From positions 1 to 56,468 of IMG/VR virus record IMGVR_UViG_3300008120_000119: a stretch of DNA of 56,468 nucleotides. The stretch is one strand, 5' to 3'. A model generated the notes under the pieces. That model worked only from the letters and a program-made list of their open reading frames with translations, was not told where the DNA came from and searched no databases. Source of the stretch: a virus. Its lineage: Duplodnaviria > Caudoviricetes. This document shows, one piece after another, positions 34,264-44,300 of this stretch. Every line of letters starts with the position of its first letter. The stretch's first letter is position 1. Position numbers and translations under genes: made by a program.

Positions 34264-35325
34264 ATGGCCTACTCTGGAACCGTTGGAACGACCGTAATCG
34301 ATGTCCAAACGCTGATTGATCATGGCGCCCGCAGATCGGGGAAGCTTGCCGAGGAGCTGACCTCGGAGCAGGTGCTGTCTGCACGGCAGTCTTTGTTCTT
34401 CCTGCTGTCGAACCTGATCAACATCGGGATTCAATACTGGGCTATCAACAAGGTCGTGATTGGCCTTCAGCCGGACAAGGCGGTCTATGAGCTGCCTCTG
34501 GGGGCTAACGACGCCCTGAACGTCCTGTATCGCACCATGAACCGCCCCTCTGGCAGCTATGGCACGAGCGCAGGCGGCAATGTGGCCAACGCATTCGACA
34601 GCAACACCGACACGATCTGCACGCAGACCTCGCCAAACGGCAACCTGTCTGTCAACTTTGGTACCAATAACGCAGTCTACGTGGGCTCAATCGGCGTCCT
34701 GCCGGGTACTACGGGTAGTTTTAATGTCGTCTTCGAATATTCCAACGACAACATCACCTGGAGCCCGCTGTATGCGCCTGGACCCACTGCTTGGGTCGAT
34801 GATCAGTGGCTTTGGTACGATCTGAACACGAGCACGACAGCTCAGTTCTACCGGATGAGAGAAACCGGAGGGAATACTTTGTCCGTTCGGGAGCTGTACT
34901 TCGGGAATAACAGCAATGAAATCCCGATGGCGCGCCTAAACCGCGACGATTACACCAATCTCCCGAACAAAAACTTCACCGCGAACCAGCCATATCAATT
35001 TTGGTTTGATCGGACGATCCCCAGGCCTGCTTTGTACCTCTGGCCGGTGCCTTCTGACCCGTTTGTGCAGATGACCGTCTGGTATTCCCGGCAGATCATG
35101 GACGTCGGCCAGCTTTATGGCGAGCTTGAGATCCCTCAGCGCTGGTTTTTGGCCATTCAGTCGATGCTAGCTCACCAAATGAGCCTAGAGCTGCCTGGAG
35201 TGCCCCTTGATCGCGTGACTTACCTCGAAAGACAGGCCGATAAGTACCTCTTGCAGGCCGAAATGGAAGAGCGCGACCGCGGCCCAATCTACCTTGCACC
35301 TGGAATCCAGGTCTACACGAGGTAG
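34264..35325 (+). CDS. Head-tail adaptor-like protein with inserted discoidin/F5-8-like domain
   Basis: AR.SL..L....N.GI..W and R.DY.NLPNK....P.QFWFDR...LWPVP flank NAFD.N.DT...EYSND.ITW...FYR.R...VRELYF. Confidence 0.6.
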   Translation: MAYSGTVGTTVIDVQTLIDHGARRSGKLAEELTSEQVLSARQSLFFLLSNLINIGIQYWAINKVVIGLQPDKAVYELPLGANDALNVLYRTMNRPSGSYGTSAGGNVANAFDSNTDTICTQTSPNGNLSVNFGTNNAVYVGSIGVLPGTTGSFNVVFEYSNDNITWSPLYAPGPTAWVDDQWLWYDLNTSTTAQFYRMRETGGNTLSVRELYFGNNSNEIPMARLNRDDYTNLPNKNFTANQPYQFWFDRTIPRPALYLWPVPSDPFVQMTVWYSRQIMDVGQLYGELEIPQRWFLAIQSMLAHQMSLELPGVPLDRVTYLERQADKYLLQAEMEERDRGPIYLAPGIQVYTR

Positions 35326-35327
35326 AA

Positions 35328-35663
35328 ATGGCTCTTTTTCTCGACACCCGCGGCTATTCCGACATTGCGATCGCTATATGCGACCGCTGCCGGATGAAGC
35401 GACCGCACGCGGTGATGAGATCAGACCCCAATTTCCCCGGTTTGCAGGTTTGCGACCAGGGCTGCGCGGATCAATTTGACCCGTACCGCCTGCCAGCCAG
35501 GAAAACCGAGAAGATTACGATCAGATTCCCCCGTCCGGACGCTGACATCGCGGTAGACGACAACAACCTGATCACCACTGGAGACAATGAGTTTGTGATC
35601 TCCACCCAGCAAAATGATGATGATCCCAGCAACAACGGGAACTTAACCGGCATAGAGGTGTAG
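35328..35663 (+). CDS. Cys4 hypothetical virion-region protein
   Basis: AICDRC...GLQVCDQGCAD.FDP...RFPRPD. Confidence 0.65.
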   Translation: MALFLDTRGYSDIAIAICDRCRMKRPHAVMRSDPNFPGLQVCDQGCADQFDPYRLPARKTEKITIRFPRPDADIAVDDNNLITTGDNEFVISTQQNDDDPSNNGNLTGIEV

Positions 35664-35664
35664 C

Positions 35665-38600
35665 GTGGCCAATGTAACGATTACCCAACTACCTGCGGCA
35701 GGTCCGATCACCGGTACAGAGTCGGTGCCCATAGTCCAGAACGGGCAGACGGTACAGACGACCACGGGGGCCATTGCAGCCTCACCTAGTCAAAACCAGA
35801 CCTTCTTGACGCTCAATAACGAGCCCAGCCTACCCAATAGCCGGTATCTGTCGACCGGTACGGGCCTGGGGCTTAATGACGGTGGCGCGCAGTCTGACCT
35901 TGAAATTATCCTCAATGGCGCCTCCGGCAGCCTCGAAGCGGCCGGCAATGGCGTGATTGTGAAGACCGGTAGCACTACGGTGGCCGCCAGAACCATCAGC
36001 ACGTCCGGGGCGGGCCTCACGGTCTCCAACGGTAATGGCGTATCAGGCAACCCCACGATCGCCTTAGACGGCCTCCCAGCAAGCTTAGCGAACATCTCTG
36101 GCACGGGCATTCTGGGCGTGGTCGGCGGGTCTTCCATCACGTCGATGGTGATCACTGGAACATCCAATCAGATCACGGTCGCGAACGGTGCTGGCCCCGG
36201 CAATCCGACGATTTCCATCACGACGGACCCGATCATTCCTGGCACGGGTGCTATGACGGTGCCGAAGGGCACAACAGCTCAGCGGCCGGGTGGCGTAGAT
36301 GGGATGCTGCGTTTTAACACAGATACAGACGCCTTTGAGATCTACGACAGTGGCGGCTGGAGTGCACTGCCTGCTGGAGCGATTACGCTCATCAATACCG
36401 GCACCGGCCTGACTGGTGGCCCGATCACCACGAGCGGCACGATCTCGATGGCCAACACGACCGTGGCGGCAAACAGCTACGGTGCGGCCGATTCTGTCTC
36501 AACCTTCACGGTGAACGCCCAGGGTCAATTGACTGCGGCGGCCACTGTGCCCATCGCTATCAATGCGAACCAGATCACCACGGGTACGGTCATAACCTCG
36601 CAGGGCGGCACTGGACTGACGACCTATACCGCAGGCGACTTGGTCTACTACGCAACCGGCACAGCCCTTTCTAAGCTGGGCATCGGTGGCTCGACCTTCA
36701 TGCTCACCTCCAGCGGCACGGCGCCGCAGTGGACAGATCCCGCGCTGATTACGGTAGGAAATGCGACTACCGCAACGACTGCCACTACAGCAGTCACCGC
36801 GACAAACATTGCCGGGGGTGGGGCAGGTCAGCTTCCATACAACACTAATGTCGGAGTCACTGCATTCTTGCCGCGTGACGTTCAGGGCTACATTCTTGTT
36901 GAAGGGCTCGTCAACCCGCAGTGGGAAAACCCAGCCAACATCACGGTCGGAAACGCTACGAACGCCGCTTCTGCGACCACAGCAACTAATATTGCTGGTG
37001 GTGCTGCTGGTCAACTCGTCTACAACGCTGGTGCGTCCAATACGACGTTCCTGCCACTAGGAACTTCTACGTTCCTGCTTCGTGCTGGAGCCTCCGCCCC
37101 CGAGTACGTCGATCCTTCTTCGGTAACGGTTGGTACGGCAACCCTGGCAACTTCTGCGACCAATGTTGCGGGCGGAGCGCTTGGTCAGCTCGTATACAAC
37201 ACCGGGGCGTCTACCAGTACGTTTTTGCCACTCGGCGCCCTTGGTCACTTCTTGTTGGCTGGAGCATCCGCGCCGGAATATGTTGACCCGTCCACGCTGT
37301 CCGTTGGTAACGCGACTACGGCAACCTCCGCTGTTTCATCTGCTAACCTGGATGGTGGCGCAGCAGGTTCTATTCCCTACCAGACTGCGCTGGGCGTTAC
37401 GGCGATGCTTGCGACTGGATCGGGGGTGCTTGTGGGAGGCACGACGCCTTCTTACAGCACCGCCCCCACACTGACCGGCACGAATTTCTCAAGCATCCCG
37501 AATGCGGCTCTTGATAACAGCTCGTTGACCATTGGAACGACTGCTATATCGCTTGGGAACTCTTCGCTCACTCTTGGCGGCCTTACCTCCGTTGCGGTTA
37601 CTCAAGACCCGACGTCGAACCTGGAATTGGCCACTAAGCAATACGTCGATGGACTCGTCGTCTCGGCAATTCACTTTCACCAACCGGTGCGGGTAGAGTC
37701 CCCGGTCCCGCTGACTGCCACCTACAACAACGGCGTCTCTGGTGTTGGTGCAACGCTTACCAATGCCGGAGCGCAAGCGGCTCTGGTTATTGATGGTGTC
37801 ACACTTAGCGTCAATGACCGGGTGCTGATTTACACGCAGACAAATGCCACAGAAAACGGCATTTATGTAGTGAGCAATATCGGTTCGGGCTCGACCAACT
37901 GGGTTCTGACACGCTCGTCGGATGCTGATACCTACGGTCTAGCAAGCGCTCAGACACTTGGCCTGGGGTCCACTGTCTTTGTTCAACAGGGCGCAACAGG
38001 GGCGGGCGAGACCTACACCTGCACGACCTCTGGAACGATCACGTTCGGCACTACAAACATCGTATTCGCGCAGATTTCCTCTGCTCAGGTCTACAGCGCT
38101 GGTACAGGGCTAACGCTTATCGGTACGCAGTTCAGCCTGACTTCCCCCGTAGTTACCAGCCTGGGTGGAACGGGTCTAACCTCCTATACGACAGGAGATC
38201 TGCTTTATTACGCGACTGGTTCGTCATTCAGTACGCTCCCGATCGGCACCTCGACCTACCTGCTTACCTCTTCCGGTACCGCTCCTCAGTGGTCCGACCC
38301 ATCAGGAGTGACGGTAGGAACGGCTACCAACGCGACCAACGCCAACACGGCGACAAACGTTGCGAATGGCTCTGCTGGTGGGATCGTTTACAACACCGCG
38401 AATAGCGTCACTACATTCCTGGCGCTCGGCTCGACAAACCACATTCTCACGGCGGGGGCAACCGCTCCTCAGTACACGGACCCGGCAACTATCACTGTTG
38501 GAAACGCTACGACCGCAGGCTCTGCTACGACAGCAGGATCAGCTACCACGGCCACCAACGTAGCAGGCGGCGCTGCAAACCAGATCGTTTACAACACCGC

Positions 38601-39687
38601 GTCGTCGACCACGAGCTTTATCTCCGCGCCTTCCGCTCCTGGTGAATACCTCGGCTGGAACGGCTCCACGTTTGTGTGGAGTTCGGTCTCTGCGACCTCT
38701 GCGACGAACTTGTCAGGCGGCACTGCGGGTGCTCTTCCGTACCAGACGGGTGTCGGTGCGACAGGGTTCCTGAACCTTGGAACGACCACTTTCTTGCTGC
38801 GGGCTGGTGCGTCTGCGCCAGAATATGTTGATCCTTCTTCTGTAACGGTTGGCAGCGCGACAAATGCGACAAACGCATCAAACGCTACCAACATTACTGT
38901 CACTGATAACACGCTATCTGCGTCGACTTATTACCCGGTCGTTTCGTTAAACACCACCGGAAGTAACGCGCCAACAACGTCGTCTACAAAACTATCGTTT
39001 GTTCCGAGTACGGGGGTTCTGTCAGCCACAGGGTTCTCTGGTGCGCTAAACGGTACGGTAGGTGCAACGACACCTGCTGATGGTACGTTTACTACGCTGA
39101 CTGCTACTGGAGTAACAGAGTTAGGCGGTGATTCTACGAATCCTTCTTTAAAAGTAAACGATGTTGCAGGGGTTACCAGATGGTTAGAAGTAGAAGGTTC
39201 GGTATTAGGCAACCCTAGAATTTTTTCATGGAGTACAGGAAGTGCGACTGGAATGGTATTTACTACCAGGGGTGCTTCAAATTTTAGTTTTACAACAAAT
39301 ACATCATCAACAAACGAACAATTCCGCGTAGCCCACACCGCCTCTGCGGTGAACTTTGTACAGGTGACGGGGGCGGCTACTGGTGTTCAGCCAATTATAT
39401 CTTCCCAAGGTAGTGATGCAAATATTGGAATGACGATTCGCTCAAAAGGAACTTTTGCTTGTGAATTTCAAAGTTCTGCCGGAACGGTTTTATTTCAGGC
39501 ATTACCAGTAGCATCTTCTGTAAATTTTTGTCGTGTTGCTCCTGCGGTGGCTGGATCTGCTCCTGTTTTATCTTCACAAGGCTCCGACACCAACATAGAC
39601 CTAGCACTAACACCCAAAGGAACAGGAAGGGTCACCACAGCCGCCGCAATAGTTGCTACTGGTGGTATTTCTGGTGGTACGTTTTAA
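35665..39687 (+). CDS. Long tail fibre-like protein (1340 aa)
   Basis: Gly/Thr/Ala-rich; ITQLP start, PKGTTAQRP, ATKQYVD, DRVLI..QT..TENGIY; internal ~50-aa repeats; ends GGISGGTF. Confidence 0.8.
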   Translation: MANVTITQLPAAGPITGTESVPIVQNGQTVQTTTGAIAASPSQNQTFLTLNNEPSLPNSRYLSTGTGLGLNDGGAQSDLEIILNGASGSLEAAGNGVIVKTGSTTVAARTISTSGAGLTVSNGNGVSGNPTIALDGLPASLANISGTGILGVVGGSSITSMVITGTSNQITVANGAGPGNPTISITTDPIIPGTGAMTVPKGTTAQRPGGVDGMLRFNTDTDAFEIYDSGGWSALPAGAITLINTGTGLTGGPITTSGTISMANTTVAANSYGAADSVSTFTVNAQGQLTAAATVPIAINANQITTGTVITSQGGTGLTTYTAGDLVYYATGTALSKLGIGGSTFMLTSSGTAPQWTDPALITVGNATTATTATTAVTATNIAGGGAGQLPYNTNVGVTAFLPRDVQGYILVEGLVNPQWENPANITVGNATNAASATTATNIAGGAAGQLVYNAGASNTTFLPLGTSTFLLRAGASAPEYVDPSSVTVGTATLATSATNVAGGALGQLVYNTGASTSTFLPLGALGHFLLAGASAPEYVDPSTLSVGNATTATSAVSSANLDGGAAGSIPYQTALGVTAMLATGSGVLVGGTTPSYSTAPTLTGTNFSSIPNAALDNSSLTIGTTAISLGNSSLTLGGLTSVAVTQDPTSNLELATKQYVDGLVVSAIHFHQPVRVESPVPLTATYNNGVSGVGATLTNAGAQAALVIDGVTLSVNDRVLIYTQTNATENGIYVVSNIGSGSTNWVLTRSSDADTYGLASAQTLGLGSTVFVQQGATGAGETYTCTTSGTITFGTTNIVFAQISSAQVYSAGTGLTLIGTQFSLTSPVVTSLGGTGLTSYTTGDLLYYATGSSFSTLPIGTSTYLLTSSGTAPQWSDPSGVTVGTATNATNANTATNVANGSAGGIVYNTANSVTTFLALGSTNHILTAGATAPQYTDPATITVGNATTAGSATTAGSATTATNVAGGAANQIVYNTASSTTSFISAPSAPGEYLGWNGSTFVWSSVSATSATNLSGGTAGALPYQTGVGATGFLNLGTTTFLLRAGASAPEYVDPSSVTVGSATNATNASNATNITVTDNTLSASTYYPVVSLNTTGSNAPTTSSTKLSFVPSTGVLSATGFSGALNGTVGATTPADGTFTTLTATGVTELGGDSTNPSLKVNDVAGVTRWLEVEGSVLGNPRIFSWSTGSATGMVFTTRGASNFSFTTNTSSTNEQFRVAHTASAVNFVQVTGAATGVQPIISSQGSDANIGMTIRSKGTFACEFQSSAGTVLFQALPVASSVNFCRVAPAVAGSAPVLSSQGSDTNIDLALTPKGTGRVTTAAAIVATGGISGGTF

Positions 39688-39702
39688 CTAAAGGAAATTT
39701 TC

Positions 39703-39972
39703 ATGGCACTCTCAAAATCAATCGACACCGACTTTGGACTTCCTGCTACCTACTGGAACATTGGAGCGGTCGCTGAAGACTTCAAAGGCAAAGGCACAGA
39801 AGTGACCTTTTATGGCTACGCCTCCAAAGAGGCACGAGACGCTGGTAAACAGCCTCTGTCTGCTGGTAAGGTTCAGATTGCGGGTGATGATTACGTGGCC
39901 GGTGCAGATCGCGCACAACTGTATGCCATCATTAAGCGGCGTCCGGAGTTCGAGGGTGCCGGAGATTGCTGA
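39703..39972 (+). CDS. Small tail-fibre-associated protein
   Basis: MALSKSIDTDFGLPATYW...LYAIIK..PEFEGA.D pattern; follows the fibre gene. Confidence 0.6.
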   Translation: MALSKSIDTDFGLPATYWNIGAVAEDFKGKGTEVTFYGYASKEARDAGKQPLSAGKVQIAGDDYVAGADRAQLYAIIKRRPEFEGAGDC

Positions 39973-40027
39973 ACATGACCTCAACACTTTTCAGTATCCA
40001 ATTTAGCATTTTCGGAGGTACCTTCTA

Positions 40028-41106
40028 ATGGCACAGACCGGCTTCACCCCAATCATTACCTATCACTCCACGACGCCCTCGGCCGTCCCGCTGGCGGGCG
40101 ATTTGGCCCCAGGTGAGCTGGCTCCGGCGTAGTCACGCTTCTAGCGCAGGCTGGGTCTGGTACCGGTACGGTGACCTCGGTCAGCGGCACTGGGACGGTC
40201 AACGGACTGACCCTGACGGGCACCGTGACGACCTCTGGCAGCTTGACCCTGGGGGGCACGCTCTCGAACGTGAGCCTCACCACAGCGGTTACAGGCACCT
40301 TACCGGTCGCAAACGGTGGTACGGGCGGGGCTACGCAGGCGGCCGCTCGAACAGGTCTGGGCGCAACCACGATCGGCTCAAACCTATTCACCCTGGCAAA
40401 CCCAGGCGCAATCACCTTCCCGCGGTTCAACGCTGATAACACCGTCTCCTCACTTGATGCAGCGTCCTTCCGCACGGCAATTGGTGCGGGCACAGGTGGA
40501 GGCACGGTCACCTCTGTGGGCGGTACTGGCACGGTCAACGGCCTCACCCTTACCGGCACGGTTACGTCGTCTGGGAACCTCACGCTTGGCGGCACGCTGT
40601 CTGGAGTGAGTCTCACGACCGCCGTAACAGGCATTCTGCCGGCGGCCAACGGCGGTACCAACAACGCCTTCTTCCAGGTCAGTGGTCCGACAAGTTCCGT
40701 CAAAACTTACACATTCGCTGATGCGAACATGACGATCGTCGGTACGACCGACACGCAGACCCTGACCAACAAGCGATTCACCCCCAGGATTCAGACGGTC
40801 TCCAGCTCGGCCACAATCACCCCTACGGGCGACACAGCGGATCAATATACTGTTACCGCCCTGGCAACTGCCGCGACGATTGCAGCCCCTTCTGGAACCC
40901 CTACGGACGGTCAGAAGCTTGTGATTCGGATCAAGGATAACGGTACGGCTCGGGCGCTGACCTGGACCACAACCTCTGGCGCATATCGAGCTGTTGGCGT
41001 TACGCTTCCCACGACTACAGTCATATCAAAAGTGGTCTATATCGGGTGTATTTACAACTCTCAGGACACGTTCTGGGACGTAATTGCAGTCGCACAACAA
41101 CCATAA
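40028..41106 (+). pseudogene. Tail fibre gene interrupted by a frameshift near 40117-40132
   Basis: GGAGG RBS and MAQTGFTPIITYHSTTPSAVPLAGDLAPGELA, stop TAG at 40130; the body (SGVVTLLAQAGSGTGTVTSV...) continues in the -1 frame to 41106. Confidence 0.7.
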
Positions 41107-41116
41107 GGAGAAGAAG

Positions 41117-41365
41117 ATGGAAGGCATGGTTCAGATCCCCTTTACCTACACTGACGGGCAGTTTAATTATTCAGACGCGCTATGGTTGCCTGCGGATCAC
41201 TCTTTCACGGAAGAGCAGATTGAGGCGATGAAGAAGGAGCGCTTTGATAACTGGGTGGCAATCATTACCAATCCGCCCCCCGGTCCATCTAATGAAGAGC
41301 TTGAAGCCAGTGGTGTTCATATACCAACTCAGCAAGAGTTAGTGGTGCCGCCTGCTGAAGAATAA
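41117..41365 (+). CDS. Small fibre-associated protein
   Basis: AAGGAG RBS; YSDAL.LP.DH.FTEEQIEAMKKERFDNW. Confidence 0.7.
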   Translation: MEGMVQIPFTYTDGQFNYSDALWLPADHSFTEEQIEAMKKERFDNWVAIITNPPPGPSNEELEASGVHIPTQQELVVPPAEE

Positions 41366-41379
41366 AAAAGGATTGAGTC

Positions 41380-44300
41380 ATGGCCGATAGATATTGGGTC
41401 GGTGGTACCGGCACTTGGAACACCACAAACACCACTAACTGGTCCGCTACAAACGGCGGAGGCGGTGGCGCATCTGTTCCCACGGCCGCGGATAACGTTT
41501 TTTTTACGTCGTCTTCTGGTGGCGGTACTTGCACAAACAGTGGAACAAACAACTGCTTGTCACTCAACATGACCGGCTATACCGGCACTTTTGCTGGCTC
41601 CGGAATAATCAATATCAGTGGAAATTTGACCCTTTCTGCAAGCGGATCGCTTACTTATATTGGTTCGTTTGATATGGCCGGATCTGCGGTTACCAGCACT
41701 GTAAATACAAACGGCAAAACCATCCCTGGAAACCTTAGAAGCAATAAAACAAACAACGTAGTCCGAATGGATTCGGCCGCTACGGTTAGCGGTCAGGTAT
41801 CTATCAATTCCGCTGGATTCAATCTTAATGGCTTTACCGTGACAACCCCTTACTTTAATTATCAAGGTAATAGTCTTACATGGGGTTCACCAGCTGGGAA
41901 AGTAGTTTGCTCAAGATCTACAACAGGGTTAACACTTGGTGTTGGCGGCACGAATATTGCCGCTGGCGGAAGACTTGAGGTTCTTAGCCCGCCCGCAGGA
42001 ATCACTGCTCAAGTTGGCGGCCAAGCACCAACGAACGTAAATATTGGAGATCACGCCGACCTTTATTTAATTAATTCTGGAACGGGCACCATAGATGTCA
42101 CAAATGCATTTAACATTTTAGAAGTAGGGGCTGGATCATACTCAGTAACAAATGCTCCATATATTCGCAGATCAATGACAGTTGATCCAGGGTATACCGG
42201 AACATTTTCGGCCAGTATTATTTTGGAGGCGATTGATACCCTTGGAACGGACCTCAATCCAAATGGGAAAACATTTGGTGGTGATTTTACTGTTCTTACA
42301 AGACCAATTACATCGCTTGGGTTAGCGCCCATTCGGGTCAATCAAAGCGCAACATTTACTGGAACGTCACAAGGATTCAGGTATTTTGGTGGGACTTTTT
42401 CCATCACAAACAACTCAACGCTTACTGTTAATAATTTTTCTGTAGATCCACGGCCAACAGCAAACAACAGTAGCATCAATTTTCCGGGTACGTCAAAAAT
42501 AAGATGCACTGGAACAACCGGAAACGTTGTTAATGTTGTGTTTGCTTATTATGTTCGCTGCACTGCTATTCTTAACAATAATCCAATAGAAGTGGTCGCG
42601 CCACCATCTGGCAACACAATTAACGTACGTGTTAATCAGGGTGAAGATGGGACCACCGGAAGAACAAAGTGCTTTGGCATAAGAATAGTGGCCGGAGGTA
42701 CAGGGACAGTGTCATTTTCACATCCTGAAATTTCAAGCGGCCCAATCAATTTAAAAGATTTAATTGCAGAAAACGGCGCATATACATTAACTCTCTCTGG
42801 TGTTTCTGAATTTTATATTTCTAGAAATTTGACGTATGGTGGCACGCTTATAGCTAACCTTGTTACTTCATATTGGTTCAATTCTAATAATGCAACAGTT
42901 CAGGAAGTAAATCTTAATGGTGCAGGCGGTTTTACCATGTATTTGGTGAACAATGTCAACGGACCAGTGCGATTAACAAGTAATGCCGGTAGCGCCGGAC
43001 AAGGAACTCATTTACCAAATCAAATAGGTCAGTTATATTTTGGCAACCCCAATATAGGTGCAGGCGCTGGGTGGATAGAGCTGCAATCATTTAGTTTGAT
43101 GGTTCGTACCGGATTGCAGTCTGTTGCCGGTGCAAATGACACAAATATCAATTTCGGAACTGGAAAAATTATTTGTTATTCCGAAAGTACTAATGCTGTT
43201 TCATTTGGTTGGTATAATGACGCTACTTCTGGAACAATATCTGGATCAAGAAATGTAGAGTTGCTGCCGTTTGGAAATTTGGCAGACAACTACACTAGAA
43301 ATCTTGTTATAAATAGTGTTCCTGTAGCGGGTAAAGAGATAAATGTTCGTTGCGTCAATACTGGAAGCACTGGGCGTGTTCTTGTTTCCTTGATTCAGGG
43401 TACTCTAACCCTTGAAAGTGGTGTGTACACCTATGGTATAGGTAGCAGCTCAACAGAAATGTATGGGAATATTAACCTGTTGGGTTCCATACTTTTTGAT
43501 GCGTCTTTCTTTTTTAACGCTCCCTCTGCCGCATTTACTAGCACTATTACATCCAACGGTAATACTTTTAATACTACGTTTTCGTTAAATGGCTCTGGCC
43601 ACACGACCGTGCTGGCAGACGCCATGATCTGCCGGACTATTAACCATATTCAGGGAACATTAAACTTAAATAACAGAAGTCTTACGATTACTACCAGTTT
43701 TAGTACATCGGGTACATCAGCTCGTACTTTAGCGTTTGGTACAGGATCAATAACCATAAATCAAAATGCTTCATTTACCAATGCTACTAGTACAAACCTG
43801 ACAATGACTGGTACCTCCCGACAAATATTTGCTACGGTCGGGGCTTCTGGATGCACAATCACAACTGATTCAAGTCTTGCATCAACTAATGCAATAGACA
43901 TCACAACTTTGGTTGTTGGTTCGGGAGGTACGGTCACCACCGGGGGAGTTGTCAGAAATTTAACGCTTAACGGCGGAACATATACATTTACTCGTGACGC
44001 GGACTACTACATTTATGGCGATTTGACTATGAATGGAGCGGTTACCACGTTCTCTGGCGGCACATCATCTCTTCGTTTTCAAGCGGCATCTGGTACCCAA
44101 ATAATTAGTACCAACGGCAATACTTTTGGTGGCACCGGTACGGTTGTGATGAATACGTCCGGTGTAACCTATCAATTAAACAGTAATAGCACCTTTGCAT
44201 CTGGCTTGTCATTTAGCAATGGCACGTTAAACCTCAATAATTTTAGACTTCAGGTTTCGTCGTTTGACGCACCGTCCGGAACAGTAAATTTCCAATCGTC

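Noticed and set aside
40028-41106. Diversity-generating retroelement target or programmed -1 frameshift
   Set aside because: No reverse transcriptase, no template/variable repeat pair and no X XXY YYZ slippery site. The internal duplication is an ordinary fibre repeat.
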